Shown: piece after piece, positions 1 through 8,182 of the stretch
How the letters are laid out: the number at the start of each line of letters is the position of its first letter
How positions within the stretch are numbered: position 1 is the stretch's first letter
Origin: a virus
Lineage: Duplodnaviria; Caudoviricetes
IMG/VR virus record: IMGVR_UViG_3300005077_000066
Coordinates: 1-34,210 of that record
Strand: one strand, 5' to 3'
DNA length: 34,210 nt
Translations under genes and position numbers: made by a program
Notes under the pieces: model-generated
The model's database searches: none
Seen by the model: the letters and a program-made list of their open reading frames with translations, nothing else
Told to the model about the DNA's origin: nothing

Positions 1-1383
1 GTCGACCCATGCCGCGCTTGACGGCTCCGGCAAATATACTTGTTGCGCTTCGTGAACGTGTTGAACGGCGTCGGCCCGGACTGCCTTGTCGCCTTTCGGA
101 CTTTTGCCGACAAGCCCCGGGATTTCCTTTTCTAACATATCGATTGCCGCGTCCCCGGACGCCGCCCGCTCGACTATTACCTTGCCGACTTCCGGCCGCG
201 CTCGCTTCATGTCGATAATCGCCTGTTTTGTTTCAGTAAAGCCGCCTCTTTGCCTGTAAAGCCAAATGACATAAATGCTTGCCCCGGCCTTGCCTAATAT
301 CAAGCCGCAATTATAGGACGCCTTTTTTGCTTTCCGGGTATCTTTGCCCCGGTTTAAATCCCATACCGATATTATTTTGTCGAATTTTTCCGGCAAGGTC
401 TTATAAAAGCGCCAGTTTTCCCGCTTAAAATATTCTCCGGTCGACGGCGCGGGCCTTTGTTGATAAAGGGCCGAGTAAAAATAAGAGCCGACCGACGCGA
501 TTAAGTCATTTTCGTTCGTGTCGAATTTTTCGGGCCATAACGGGGCGCCGATCTCGCGCGGGTCTGTTTCGTCGTCGTCGTCCTCTTTGATTTCCGGGTA
601 TTTTATAATTTGCCAATCGCCGCCTTTCGGTGAATTTAAAATCCGGCCCGCTAAGTCGTCCTCATGCCAGCGCGTCGCCGTTAATAATTGCCGGGCGTTT
701 TGCTCAAGCCTTGTTAAAAAAGCGGCCCTGTACCAGTCCCATACGCGATTTCGGTATGTCAAGCTTTGAGCCTCGAGCGGGTCTTTTGCGTAATCGTCGA
801 CAATGCCAAGCGTCGCGCCCATGCCCGTTATTGCACCCATGACCCCGGCGCATCGGTAATAGCCGCCCGCATCGACAATTTGGAAATAGTCCGCTTGCTC
901 GGCGTATTTTTTCCCGTATTTCGACGATCTCAAGCTCTGTAACATCGAGTCGGGGAATAAGCGGTAATAAGTCGGGTCGCGCATTATGTTTTGAACGTCC
1001 CGGGACATCATGAGCGCAAGGTCGCCGCCGTAACTACATGCGATTATTTTTTCATTTGGATTAAGGCCCAAAGCGAAAGCGGGCAAACGGCGGGATGTCA
1101 ATTCGGATTTTCCCCGGCGCGGCGGCAAAAATATCATAAGCTTTTGAATTTCGCCCCGGGCCAGCCGCTCGATCTCCCGGGCCATGCGGCGGTGAACCCA
1201 TGAGATTAAAAAATCCGGCTTCGTGTGAACGGTGAAAGCTAAGAAATTGCTTCTAATTAAAGCCCTTTGCTCGGCAAGGTCGATTTTTAGTAGTTCCTTT
1301 TCAAGCGCCTTGACCGCTTCCATCTTGCGCGGCTGTTCCTTTGGAGTCCGACGTCGTTTCGGTATTTTTTTTGCGTTTTCCAT
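1..1383 (-). CDS. terL: Terminase large subunit, N-terminal ~460 aa (runs off left edge; not in ORF track)
   Basis: Manual translation is open from ATG 1383 (alternative 1323) to base 1. Walker A LMIFLPPRRGKSELTS, Walker B GIVDD, TRWHEDDLAG, ALYQQRP, nuclease domain SVWD..VIVE..GDKAVRA..YLPEPSSAAWVD. Confidence 0.95.
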   Translation of the reverse strand, partial: MENAKKIPKRRRTPKEQPRKMEAVKALEKELLKIDLAEQRALIRSNFLAFTVHTKPDFLISWVHRRMAREIERLARGEIQKLMIFLPPRRGKSELTSRRLPAFALGLNPNEKIIACSYGGDLALMMSRDVQNIMRDPTYYRLFPDSMLQSLRSSKYGKKYAEQADYFQIVDAGGYYRCAGVMGAITGMGATLGIVDDYAKDPLEAQSLTYRNRVWDWYRAAFLTRLEQNARQLLTATRWHEDDLAGRILNSPKGGDWQIIKYPEIKEDDDDETDPREIGAPLWPEKFDTNENDLIASVGSYFYSALYQQRPAPSTGEYFKRENWRFYKTLPEKFDKIISVWDLNRGKDTRKAKKASYNCGLILGKAGASIYVIWLYRQRGGFTETKQAIIDMKRARPEVGKVIVERAASGDAAIDMLEKEIPGLVGKSPKGDKAVRADAVQHVHEAQQVYLPEPSSAAWVD

Positions 1384-1813
1384 TTAATACTTTGTCGCGC
1401 TCGGCCTCAAGCTCTTTGCGCCTTGCGCGTATCTCGTCCAAAGTTAAGCCGTCAAGATCGCCGACCCCGACGCCTATATGCCCGGCCAATTCTAAAACGT
1501 CTTTGACTTTACCTATTACCCGATTAAATATCGCGTCGAGTCTCTTTTCGTCGCCCCCCTCAATGGCCCTCAAAAGAACCTTTGCAAGTGCGGCCTCTTT
1601 GACCGGGATGTCAAGCCGCTTTGATCTCGCCTTTAATTCTTTGACGTGCATGTCAAAAAGCTTTGTCCCGATTATTATAATTTCCTCGGTCGTCATTCGC
1701 CGGACTTCCCGGGCCTCGGGCGGTAACACCGGGCCGCCTTTCGGATTCCCCGAAACCCCTTTGACCCACGCCGGATTCCCGCGCCGCTTTGTCTTTTTTT
1801 TGTCGTCTGTCAT
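1301..1813 (-). CDS. terS: Terminase small subunit
   Basis: WVKGVSGNPKGGP motif (DUF5681-like N-terminus of TerS); directly upstream of and overlapping terL. Confidence 0.85.
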   Translation of the reverse strand: MTDDKKKTKRRGNPAWVKGVSGNPKGGPVLPPEAREVRRMTTEEIIIIGTKLFDMHVKELKARSKRLDIPVKEAALAKVLLRAIEGGDEKRLDAIFNRVIGKVKDVLELAGHIGVGVGDLDGLTLDEIRARRKELEAERDKVLNGKRKKNTETTSDSKGTAAQDGSGQGA

Positions 1814-1819
1814 AATTTC

Positions 1820-1849
1820 AATTTATCAGATTTATATAAATAAAATCAA
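1820..1849 (-). promoter_or_regulatory. Putative late promoter TTGATT-18-TAAATT; likely leaderless terS mRNA
   Basis: Hexamers read directly; ATG 1813 lies 6 nt after the -10; no SD. Confidence 0.55.
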
Positions 1850-1854
1850 ATCGC

Positions 1855-2145
1855 TTATTTGTCCCTTTCGGCAAAAGGCAAGATTGTCGGCTGAAACATA
1901 CTTTTTTCTATTATATCGACAAGCCTGTTAATTAACTCGACGTCGCTTTTGTCCCGGCCCGTGACCGGGGAAATATACCCGTTGTTAACTAAAAACGGGA
2001 TTAAAAGCCTTAACTCGTCGGCATGCAAGGTTTTTGTCGGCTCGACCCTTTCGCCCTCGACCAAAAACCCGCCCCGGAAAAAATGAAGTCCACTTGCTAT
2101 CGGGTCTTTATACCAAGCCGCCTCTTGATAATATTTGTTTCCCAT
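1855..2145 (-). CDS. Hypothetical protein
   Basis: 96 aa ORF with SD-like AAAGGCGGT; fits the packed minus-strand operon. Confidence 0.7.
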   Translation of the reverse strand: MGNKYYQEAAWYKDPIASGLHFFRGGFLVEGERVEPTKTLHADELRLLIPFLVNNGYISPVTGRDKSDVELINRLVDIIEKSMFQPTILPFAERDK

Positions 2146-2158
2146 TTTACACCGCCTT

Positions 2159-2428
2159 TCAATATTCCGATCTCACAATTATTTCGTATTCTCTTTGACA
2201 TTCCCGACAAAAGCCCTCGTATACGGTCGTCAAAATAAACGCCGGATTCCCGTTTTTAAATTTGGAGCCTATCATCTGGCCCCATGAAGTTTCGCCCTCT
2301 ACAAGCTCGACTTGCGAAAGGCAAGAAAAGCAAAGCATGTGTTTTTGCCTTGTGTGTTGCTTGACCGTGGTTTCCTCGCCGCTTACTTGGTCGAATTTTT
2401 TTAAATCAGGATAATAGTCTAAGCTCAT
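2159..2428 (-). CDS. Hypothetical Zn-finger protein
   Basis: CFSC...CREC; likely start MSLDYY at 2428 after GGGG. Confidence 0.65.
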   Translation of the reverse strand: MSLDYYPDLKKFDQVSGEETTVKQHTRQKHMLCFSCLSQVELVEGETSWGQMIGSKFKNGNPAFILTTVYEGFCRECQREYEIIVRSEY

Positions 2429-2714
2429 ATTTGCCCCATATTTTGACTTTGTGTTTTGTGCAAAATTCCCAAATAATTTTATTATATTCAAGCTCGTAGT
2501 CGTCAAAATCTTTATCAACAAAAACCTTTAAAAAGCGGATTCTTTGTTTCGCTGGTATTTTTTTCAACATGCAGCGAAAGTTTTTCGTTTTGCGATCGAA
2601 TTCCCGGGACTGTCGCCAGCATGTTTCGGAGCAATATTTCATTCCAAGCATTGGAACAATTTCTTGCCCCGGCTTGTAATCGAATTCCCGTTTACATTCT
2701 TTGCAAAATGGCAA
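2406..2714 (-). CDS. Hypothetical Zn-finger protein
   Basis: CKECK...YCSETC; probable TTG start at 2714 after AAAGGGGCGGAGA. Confidence 0.6.
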   Translation of the reverse strand: MPFCKECKREFDYKPGQEIVPMLGMKYCSETCWRQSREFDRKTKNFRCMLKKIPAKQRIRFLKVFVDKDFDDYELEYNKIIWEFCTKHKVKIWGKYELRLLS

Positions 2715-2872
2715 TCTCCGCCCCTTTTGTCCCGGCGCCTGTTTTTCTCGCCCCAAAGCCAAAGCGCCGCATCGTCAATATTCATGGTTTCAATCTTTAT
2801 CTTGAGCGCCCGGCGAATTATAACCGCCATCAAAAAGCCGCTTATTGTCGCCAAGATTATTAAACACGCCAT
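2639..2872 (-). CDS. Small predicted membrane protein
   Basis: N-terminal hydrophobic helix; overlaps both neighbours. Confidence 0.4.
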   Translation of the reverse strand: MACLIILATISGFLMAVIIRRALKIKIETMNIDDAALWLWGEKNRRRDKRGGDCHFAKNVNGNSITSRGKKLFQCLE

Positions 2873-3239
2873 GCTTGAGCCTTTTGGCTATAAGTTTGTT
2901 GACTACATTCAGCCCGGTATCAAGATCGTCAAGGTCATAGCAAACCATCGAAAAGCCGCCCGCGTTTGCGTTTTCCGAAAGCCTCATTTTTTGATTGAGC
3001 GACGGCCTGTTATTGCCTTGTTTTAATTCGCAAAAAACAGAAAAGCCTTTGAGGATAATTAGCAAATCCGGCAAGCCAGTCGCCCGGTACGGGTCTTTGT
3101 GCCAGCGATTCGTCCCTCGGATAACAACGCCCGTCGTTTTAATCATAAACGCGACGTGTTCCGTCCATTTCAAATAGTTCAGCGCGTCTTTTAAAAACGC
3201 CCTTTCGGGATTTTTATTTTTCTGGCGTCGGTATTTCAA
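2790..3239 (-). CDS. VRR-NUC / Holliday junction resolvase-like nuclease
   Basis: GLPDLLII..FCELK...RPSLNQ PD-(D/E)xK motif of the VRR-NUC type. Confidence 0.8.
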   Translation of the reverse strand: MKYRRQKNKNPERAFLKDALNYLKWTEHVAFMIKTTGVVIRGTNRWHKDPYRATGLPDLLIILKGFSVFCELKQGNNRPSLNQKMRLSENANAGGFSMVCYDLDDLDTGLNVVNKLIAKRLKHGVFNNLGDNKRLFDGGYNSPGAQDKD

Positions 3240-3438
3240 CGACTCGCCCCCGCCTGTAAGTGTCCCAATTATAAATCTTGCCTTTTGATTTTAGCAATAC
3301 TTTTTTGCCCTTTTTTATTTCATTACACAAAAAACAAACGTAACCGCGCCAATCTGAAAAGCCGAGGCAATACCCGACGACCCGGGATATTTGCAAGTCG
3401 TTATTGCCACAAAGCCGACAAGTTCGCATTTGCCCCAC
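3214..3438 (-). CDS. Small Zn-finger protein
   Basis: CRLC...CFLC; operon packing. Confidence 0.55.
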   Translation of the reverse strand: MGQMRTCRLCGNNDLQISRVVGYCLGFSDWRGYVCFLCNEIKKGKKVLLKSKGKIYNWDTYRRGRVVEIPTPEK

Positions 3439-4051
3439 GCCTTAAGCTCCCCCAAGTAATTTCCCAAAAATCCAAAAGATCGCTTTCCCGGACGTGATAG
3501 TTGACCGGGTATCCCGGGCGCTTTATTGTTTGATCTTTTTTATAAGATCGTTCCATAACCTCAAGCCTCGGGCAAAACCCCCAAAACTGGAAGTCCGGGT
3601 AATCGCCCGTCATGAGCGCAAAAAGATCGCATTGGCTTTTTGCAAGCGTTTCAAGAGGGATTAAAAGCGTCTTTGCGGCCCAATGCCCCTTTAGCCCGTT
3701 ATGCTTGACGTCGACGTAGTACCCGCCCCAAAGCTTGACGTCCCCGGCGTCTGGCGCCCAATTAGTTTTGCGCAAACCCATTTTGACGATACCGCCAAAT
3801 AGCTTGGCAAAGGCAATCTCCGCCCCGGCCCCGTTGCGTTTATATGCCTTGCTTTTTTCGGCGTCGCCCCGGTCGCATCTGTCCCGAACGCCTTGCAATA
3901 CCCTTGCCTTTAACCGATCTTGAACAAAAGCCTCGACGTCCCCTTGCTCGCTTTCGTCAAGTCCGACCCGGGCGCCCTTGTGCTTCGCTATTTCCGGATA
4001 ATACTTCCCGTCCGACGTGAATATTTTTTTATAGGCTCGGTAAATTTTCAT
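3401..4051 (-). CDS. Hypothetical PD-(D/E)xK-like nuclease-fold protein
   Basis: GAGAEIAFAK...PDAGDV...VDVK pattern; start MKIYRA after AAGAGG. Confidence 0.6.
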   Translation of the reverse strand: MKIYRAYKKIFTSDGKYYPEIAKHKGARVGLDESEQGDVEAFVQDRLKARVLQGVRDRCDRGDAEKSKAYKRNGAGAEIAFAKLFGGIVKMGLRKTNWAPDAGDVKLWGGYYVDVKHNGLKGHWAAKTLLIPLETLAKSQCDLFALMTGDYPDFQFWGFCPRLEVMERSYKKDQTIKRPGYPVNYHVRESDLLDFWEITWGSLRRGANANLSALWQ

Positions 4052-4214
4052 TTTCCTCTTTGGGACTTTCGGCCGCCCCGCCGTTAAGATAAGAAACCCG
4101 TTGCGCCGCATTTTCTCGTTTATTCCAATCGCTTTCTGGCTCCCATTTCCCGTCGGGCGTGTAAAAGCCGACCGTGTAAACCCTCGGCTCCGTTTTAATA
4201 TAGACGTATTTCAT
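4029..4214 (-). CDS. Small hypothetical phage protein
   Basis: YTVGFYTPDGKWEPESD...AAQRVSYLNGG; SD AAAGGCGGT; ATGA overlap with the upstream gene. Confidence 0.75.
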   Translation of the reverse strand: MKYVYIKTEPRVYTVGFYTPDGKWEPESDWNKRENAAQRVSYLNGGAAESPKEENENLPSL

Positions 4215-4756
4215 TTTTCACCGCCTTTAATTTTTTTTGTCCCCATTTTTTGGCCAAGTTCGCCGACAATATCCTTGAGCGCGGGCGGGATTTCCCGGCG
4301 CCCCTGTTTTTCCCGATAAATCATGGTTTCGCCCAATTCGCGCAATTGCGCCCGGATGCCGACCATGTTCTCGGCGTTTAAGTTTTTGCATAAATCTGGC
4401 CAGCCGCCAAACCGCTCGACTACCAAAACCCCTAGTTCGCCGATATGCTCTTTGGCGGCCTCAAAATTATAGGCCCCATAAGTCCCGACCGCCTCGATAA
4501 TTCTATTGGCCGCCTCGATTGCTTCGCGCTTGTCTGATACTGGCGGGTCAAGTTTGTCTGAAAACTCGCCTATTGCCGGGAAAAGGCCCTTTTTGGCCCT
4601 AATTTGAAAGCCTCTCAGGACAATGCCGACCCTGTCCCATCCGTATTGACTCAAAACATCGGCATAAAGAGCCGCAAGCCTCGGGTCGAGCTTAACCTCG
4701 CAAGCTTGAGCCAAAAGAAATAAGCCTTTTAAAAATTCGTCTTTATTCATTTTCAC
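4211..4756 (-). CDS. DUF6475-like protein following the replication initiator (possible helicase loader/inhibitor)
   Basis: FPAIGEF..AVGTYGAY..VERFGGWPDLC motifs; position after an O-like gene. Confidence 0.65.
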   Translation of the reverse strand: MKMNKDEFLKGLFLLAQACEVKLDPRLAALYADVLSQYGWDRVGIVLRGFQIRAKKGLFPAIGEFSDKLDPPVSDKREAIEAANRIIEAVGTYGAYNFEAAKEHIGELGVLVVERFGGWPDLCKNLNAENMVGIRAQLRELGETMIYREKQGRREIPPALKDIVGELGQKMGTKKIKGGEK

Positions 4757-5549
4757 CGCCTTTCGATAATACCGCTTTCAATGCCCGGGCGTTATATTCG
4801 GCCGTTTCGATCTTTTTTGCGTCGTCGGCCGTGATCGACTTCCCGGTTTTTAAATAAGTTTGGATTTTATTCAAGTTTTGCTCAAAAGTAAATATATCGT
4901 GCTGCTTTGTTACAAACCATTTGTCCCGCATCGCAAAATAAGCCTCGGCCAAATCAGCCGCCTTTTGGAAACCCAAGTCTTTAACTATTCTTTTAGCCGT
5001 CCCAATAAATTTCCCTGTTCTCGGAACGTCGCTATTATATAAACCCTTGTTGTAGTCCATCCAAAGGCCAATAAAAGCGGCGACCGATTTTTCGGTCGCG
5101 CCGTATTTATTCTTTAAGTCAGAGTCAGAATAAGAATCAGAGTCAGAGTCAGAGTCAGAGTCAGAGGGTTGGATGTGCTTGGTTTTGCTTGGATTCTGCT
5201 TGGCGGTGAATCGGCCTGTTTCGTCCCGCTTGGCTCGGCTTATGTTCCGCTCCCCGCCTAGTTTTCCGGCCTCTTTTTTCATTTTTAACCAGTTAAAGCG
5301 GTCGTTGGCGCCCCGGACGTAATAACCGCCGCCTTTTTTCTCGACAAGGTCGCATTCGGCAATGTCCGGGGAAAACTCTTTTTCATAAAGCCGGGCCGGG
5401 ATAAGCTTGTCTTTGACAAAATACTCTTGCGCAAGCCTATATAATCTCACCATGTCCCCGATCGCTTTACTAAAACATCCGTATCGAATCGCCAGCCGTT
5501 GCAATCTAGGGTCGACAAAAAAATCATCGTCAAGGTTTATTCGCGGCAT
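4743..5549 (-). CDS. Phage replication initiator (lambda O-like architecture)
   Basis: N-terminal DDDFFVDPR helical domain, EAGKLGG, low-complexity SD linker, C-terminal domain; internal iteron-like repeats. Confidence 0.7.
   Translation of the reverse strand: MPRINLDDDFFVDPRLQRLAIRYGCFSKAIGDMVRLYRLAQEYFVKDKLIPARLYEKEFSPDIAECDLVEKKGGGYYVRGANDRFNWLKMKKEAGKLGGERNISRAKRDETGRFTAKQNPSKTKHIQPSDSDSDSDSDSYSDSDLKNKYGATEKSVAAFIGLWMDYNKGLYNSDVPRTGKFIGTAKRIVKDLGFQKAADLAEAYFAMRDKWFVTKQHDIFTFEQNLNKIQTYLKTGKSITADDAKKIETAEYNARALKAVLSKGGENE
5119..5166. repeat. (TCAGAG)n hexamer repeat encoding the Ser-Asp linker
   Basis: About 8 units, two imperfect. Confidence 0.9.
5167..5235. repeat. Iteron-like TGCTTGG repeats (candidate replication origin)
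   Basis: TGCTTGG at 5176, 5186, 5197 (10-11 bp period) plus degenerate copies near 5167 and 5228. Confidence 0.55.
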
Positions 5550-5553
5550 GCAA

Positions 5554-5677
5554 ACCTCAAAAAAAGAGCCGTCGGCGGTCGCATGGGATATGCTAAATTA
5601 AGGCAAGTTTTTTGACGTGACTTAACACCGCTCGACGGCCCAAAAGATTTTAAAAATATTTTTTGCGCATATCCCAT
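5554..5677 (-). promoter_or_regulatory. Structured 5' leader of initiator (pseudoknot/attenuator)
   Basis: Interleaved helices 5667-5677/5583-5593 (11 bp perfect) and 5627-5641/5566-5579, then U7 and SD GAGGU. Confidence 0.6.
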
Positions 5678-5686
5678 TAATTGCAA

Positions 5687-5714
5687 AAACTACCAGTTCA
5701 AAAATTTAAGTCAA
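5687..5714 (-). promoter_or_regulatory. Promoter TTGACT-16-(TGG)TAGTTT for the replication operon
   Basis: Near-consensus -35 and extended -10 in an AT-rich intergenic region. Confidence 0.55.
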
Positions 5715-5777
5715 GATATTTGACTTTTTTTTTCTGCTATGCAAGTATGCATTATACCATACTACTCTTTTCGTTAA

Positions 5778-5833
5778 GACCTCGCCCCGTTGCCCTGTCA
5801 CCGCCGGGCGGCGCCAGTCGCGGGGTCTTTTTT
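5778..5833 (+). ncRNA. Candidate small RNA / terminator hairpin, opposite strand to flanking genes
   Basis: GACCUCGC/GCGGGGUC and CGUUGCCC/GGGCGGCG stems pair through G-U only on the + strand, followed by a U tract. Confidence 0.45.
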
Positions 5834-6140
5834 ATTTCCTTTTCAAATTGTTTGATGCCCCGATCGCCTGTAATATTTTCGATTCCCCGGCGTTTTTTCT
5901 CATTTCGGAGAAATAAGCGTCGTAAATGTCTTTTGGAATTTCAATCCAATTTTGCCATTGGAAAACGACGCCCGAGTCGCGGACTTCAAGCTCATGTAAA
6001 AGAGGATGCTTGTCTAAAACCATTGTTGACGGCGCGACTTTCGGCATCCCGGCCAAAGGCGATTTGCGAATAATAATCGCGGCCGCCCAATAATGTTTTT
6101 TAATGCTTTCGTTTTTTATTTCTTTTGTTTCGTTTCCCAT
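5832..6140 (-). CDS. Hypothetical protein
   Basis: 102 aa; SD AAGGGG. Confidence 0.7.
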   Translation of the reverse strand: MGNETKEIKNESIKKHYWAAAIIIRKSPLAGMPKVAPSTMVLDKHPLLHELEVRDSGVVFQWQNWIEIPKDIYDAYFSEMRKNAGESKILQAIGASNNLKRK

Positions 6141-6163
6141 GTTTCGCCCCTTTTTAAAAGTTT

Positions 6164-6382
6164 TTAATCAATGTCAAAGTTTTCGGTGTCCCCCGGGTCT
6201 AACCAGTAATAAGCCGCCCCGGTTATAAGGTCGAAGCAAAAAAAATGCTCGCACGGAAAAAGCTCTTTGCTACCGCATACCGGGCAAACAAAATTTTCAT
6301 TTCCCGTCGAGGGGCCGCCCGGCTTGCGTCTAACAAGCTTTTCGGATTTGTCCATTTTTTTAATGATTCGCCGATCGAGCAT
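6164..6382 (-). CDS. Small Zn-ribbon protein
   Basis: CPVCGS...CEH. Confidence 0.6.
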   Translation of the reverse strand: MLDRRIIKKMDKSEKLVRRKPGGPSTGNENFVCPVCGSKELFPCEHFFCFDLITGAAYYWLDPGDTENFDID

Positions 6383-6581
6383 GTTTCGCTTTTTTCTTTT
6401 CTAAAACTTGAATTACGTCCCCGGCTGATTTCATTCTAAATAAATAATATTTGCCGCCTTGCTCGGCAATCAATGGGACAAACTCGTCGCCGGGCCTGAA
6501 ATACTCCCCGGCGTATACCGTCCCCGTCTTAACAAGCGCCATTATTTCGGCCGGGTCGCGTATGATTTTTATTTTTTTCAT
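6360..6581 (-). CDS. Hypothetical protein
   Basis: Likely start MKKIKIIRD at 6581; the ORF track extends to a TTG at 6674. Confidence 0.55.
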   Translation of the reverse strand: MKKIKIIRDPAEIMALVKTGTVYAGEYFRPGDEFVPLIAEQGGKYYLFRMKSAGDVIQVLEKKKAKHARSANH

Positions 6582-6677
6582 GTTTTTTATAAGCGCGCAA
6601 AGGCAAAAGGCCGTTGGGTATGCTATGCCGCCTCTATCGACGGAACGGCTGGACGAACCCTTTGCCCCGCGCAAGAA

Positions 6678-6926
6678 TTAACCCCTTAACGCCGTTTGGC
6701 TCGACTCGCAAATTTTCTCAATTTGCCGGGCGATAAGCTTGTCGTACTCTTTGCCCTGAACAAGCGACTTGTCCCGGCCGTTATCGTAAAGCATCGCAAG
6801 AACCCGGTCAAGGACTTCGTTTGGGTAATGTTCGATGTCTTTCACAATAGACCGCGAAAGTTTTTCAAGATCGATTTTCCAAATGATTCTTTGAATTACT
6901 GATTCGCGCTTTATTCTTGCCCTCAT
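6678..6926 (-). CDS. Hypothetical protein
   Basis: SD AAAGGCGGAG; ATGA overlap. Confidence 0.7.
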   Translation of the reverse strand: MRARIKRESVIQRIIWKIDLEKLSRSIVKDIEHYPNEVLDRVLAMLYDNGRDKSLVQGKEYDKLIARQIEKICESSQTALRG

Positions 6927-7129
6927 AAGCTCCGCCTTTCTGTTTTTTTGTTCATTACTTCGACTAAAAACCCGCCTTTATCCGCGACAATATAAAACGA
7001 ACCTGTTTTTTCGTTAATAGTGATATGACCTATCGGCTGAGAATTGTCCTTGTTGTTGCCATAAATGGGATGTTTCCGCATTTCCGCCCCGGAGTCGTTT
7101 TCGTAATCGATATAAAATTTTCTTTTCAT
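6923..7129 (-). CDS. Hypothetical protein
   Basis: SD AAAGGACGGT; operon packing. Confidence 0.7.
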   Translation of the reverse strand: MKRKFYIDYENDSGAEMRKHPIYGNNKDNSQPIGHITINEKTGSFYIVADKGGFLVEVMNKKTERRSL

Positions 7130-7132
7130 TTC

Positions 7133-7663
7133 TTACCGTCCTTTTTTAAATTGTCTTAAAATTTTAAACCCGTATGCGTTCGCTTTGGTCTGATAATTCC
7201 CGGTCGCTTGTTTCGTATGGCATAAGTAATGCCAGAGCTCATGGCTCAATATCCAAATGACAAGCTCGTCAAATGTCGCGCATCGTTCCGAGTCGTATAT
7301 CCAAAGAAATTCACCGTCCCGGGATATGTTACAGTCGACGACCCCGCGCTCGCGCTCAAGCTCGCAAGCCTCGGGCGTCCCGTCCCCGGGCGTCTTGACC
7401 CGCTTTGTTTCGACCGCATACCGCAAAACATAAGGCAAGCTTATTTGAAAATTAACGCCGACCCTTATTAGGTAATTGCCCCGGCCCCGGGGATATTTGC
7501 AATACCCGACGACGATCTCCCGCGACCGTGACTTTTTGACCTCGACAAAAAGGTCGTCCGTCTTGACGTTCGGCGCGTTCTCAATAAAGAACTTAAACCA
7601 GTCGAGCGCCCGGCCTAGACCATAAGCCGGGCCGTCGTAACCTGTTTTATTTTTTATTTTCAT
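7133..7663 (-). CDS. HExxH zincin-like metallopeptidase (SprT-like)
   Basis: ILSHELWH motif. Confidence 0.6.
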   Translation of the reverse strand: MKIKNKTGYDGPAYGLGRALDWFKFFIENAPNVKTDDLFVEVKKSRSREIVVGYCKYPRGRGNYLIRVGVNFQISLPYVLRYAVETKRVKTPGDGTPEACELERERGVVDCNISRDGEFLWIYDSERCATFDELVIWILSHELWHYLCHTKQATGNYQTKANAYGFKILRQFKKGR

Positions 7664-7872
7664 TATTTCACCTCGTCGATAAGTTTTAAGAATTTATATC
7701 CAATGACGTCGAGCGTTTCGGCAAGCTCTTTGTTCGGGACGATAAGCATAAAAACCTTGACCGTCGCATTTGGATATTGCTCGGCCTCGATCTCGACTTG
7801 CCGCCCGGTCGACTTATTAACAACAAGCAGCGTCACCGGGATTTTACGGACGAATTTTTCGAGTGATTTCAT
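7663..7872 (-). CDS. Hypothetical protein
   Basis: SD AAAGGGG; its stop overlaps the next start. Confidence 0.7.
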   Translation of the reverse strand: MKSLEKFVRKIPVTLLVVNKSTGRQVEIEAEQYPNATVKVFMLIVPNKELAETLDVIGYKFLKLIDEVK

Positions 7873-7897
7873 AGCATACCCCTTTCATTAATGTTTA

Positions 7898-7926
7898 AAT
7901 TTAAAGCAATACGTTTGCTTTGTCAA
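7898..7926 (-). promoter_or_regulatory. Early promoter TTGACA-17-TAAATT with a palindromic operator-like spacer
   Basis: Consensus -35; AAAGCAA-N5-TTGCTTT at 7903-7921. Confidence 0.7.
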
Positions 7927-7928
7927 AT

Positions 7929-8102
7929 TTATTTCTTTGCTTTGCGATTTAATTTTTTCTCCGTTACGACGATTTGCCAAACAGGATAATAAAAGCTTTT
8001 GTTTGAATTGTCCGGCGGGTCGACTTCGGGGCCGACGCAAAGAGTAGAAAATTTAAAATATCGGCCTGTTTTAAGATTTTTAAAATATATGTTCTTTTTC
8101 AT
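7929..8102 (-). CDS. 57 aa hypothetical protein (below the ORF-track cutoff)
   Basis: MKKNIYFKNLKTGRYFKFSTLCVGPEVDPP...; SD AAAGGACGGT. Confidence 0.6.
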   Translation of the reverse strand: MKKNIYFKNLKTGRYFKFSTLCVGPEVDPPDNSNKSFYYPVWQIVVTEKKLNRKAKK

Positions 8103-8135
8103 TTTATACCGTCCTTTCGTTAAGGTTAAGATTCC

Positions 8136-8162
8136 AAAGAGCGGGGCGACTTGCGCCGCCCC
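8136..8162 (-). terminator. GNRA-capped hairpin, probable terminator
   Basis: GGGGCGGC-GCAA-GUCGCCCC followed by a short U-rich tail. Confidence 0.5.
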
Positions 8163-8182
8163 TGACTTTCAGCCCTTAAGCA

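Noticed and set aside
1-1300. Apparent lack of a long ORF, suggesting stop-codon recoding, an intron or a pseudogene in terL
   Set aside because: Manual translation is fully open in the standard code; the ORF caller missed it because it has no stop inside the window. TAA, TAG and TGA all end genes normally.
5119-5166. Tandem repeat as a CRISPR array or DGR element
   Set aside because: It is a 6-nt coding microsatellite without spacers; no cas or reverse transcriptase gene and no TR/VR pair was seen.
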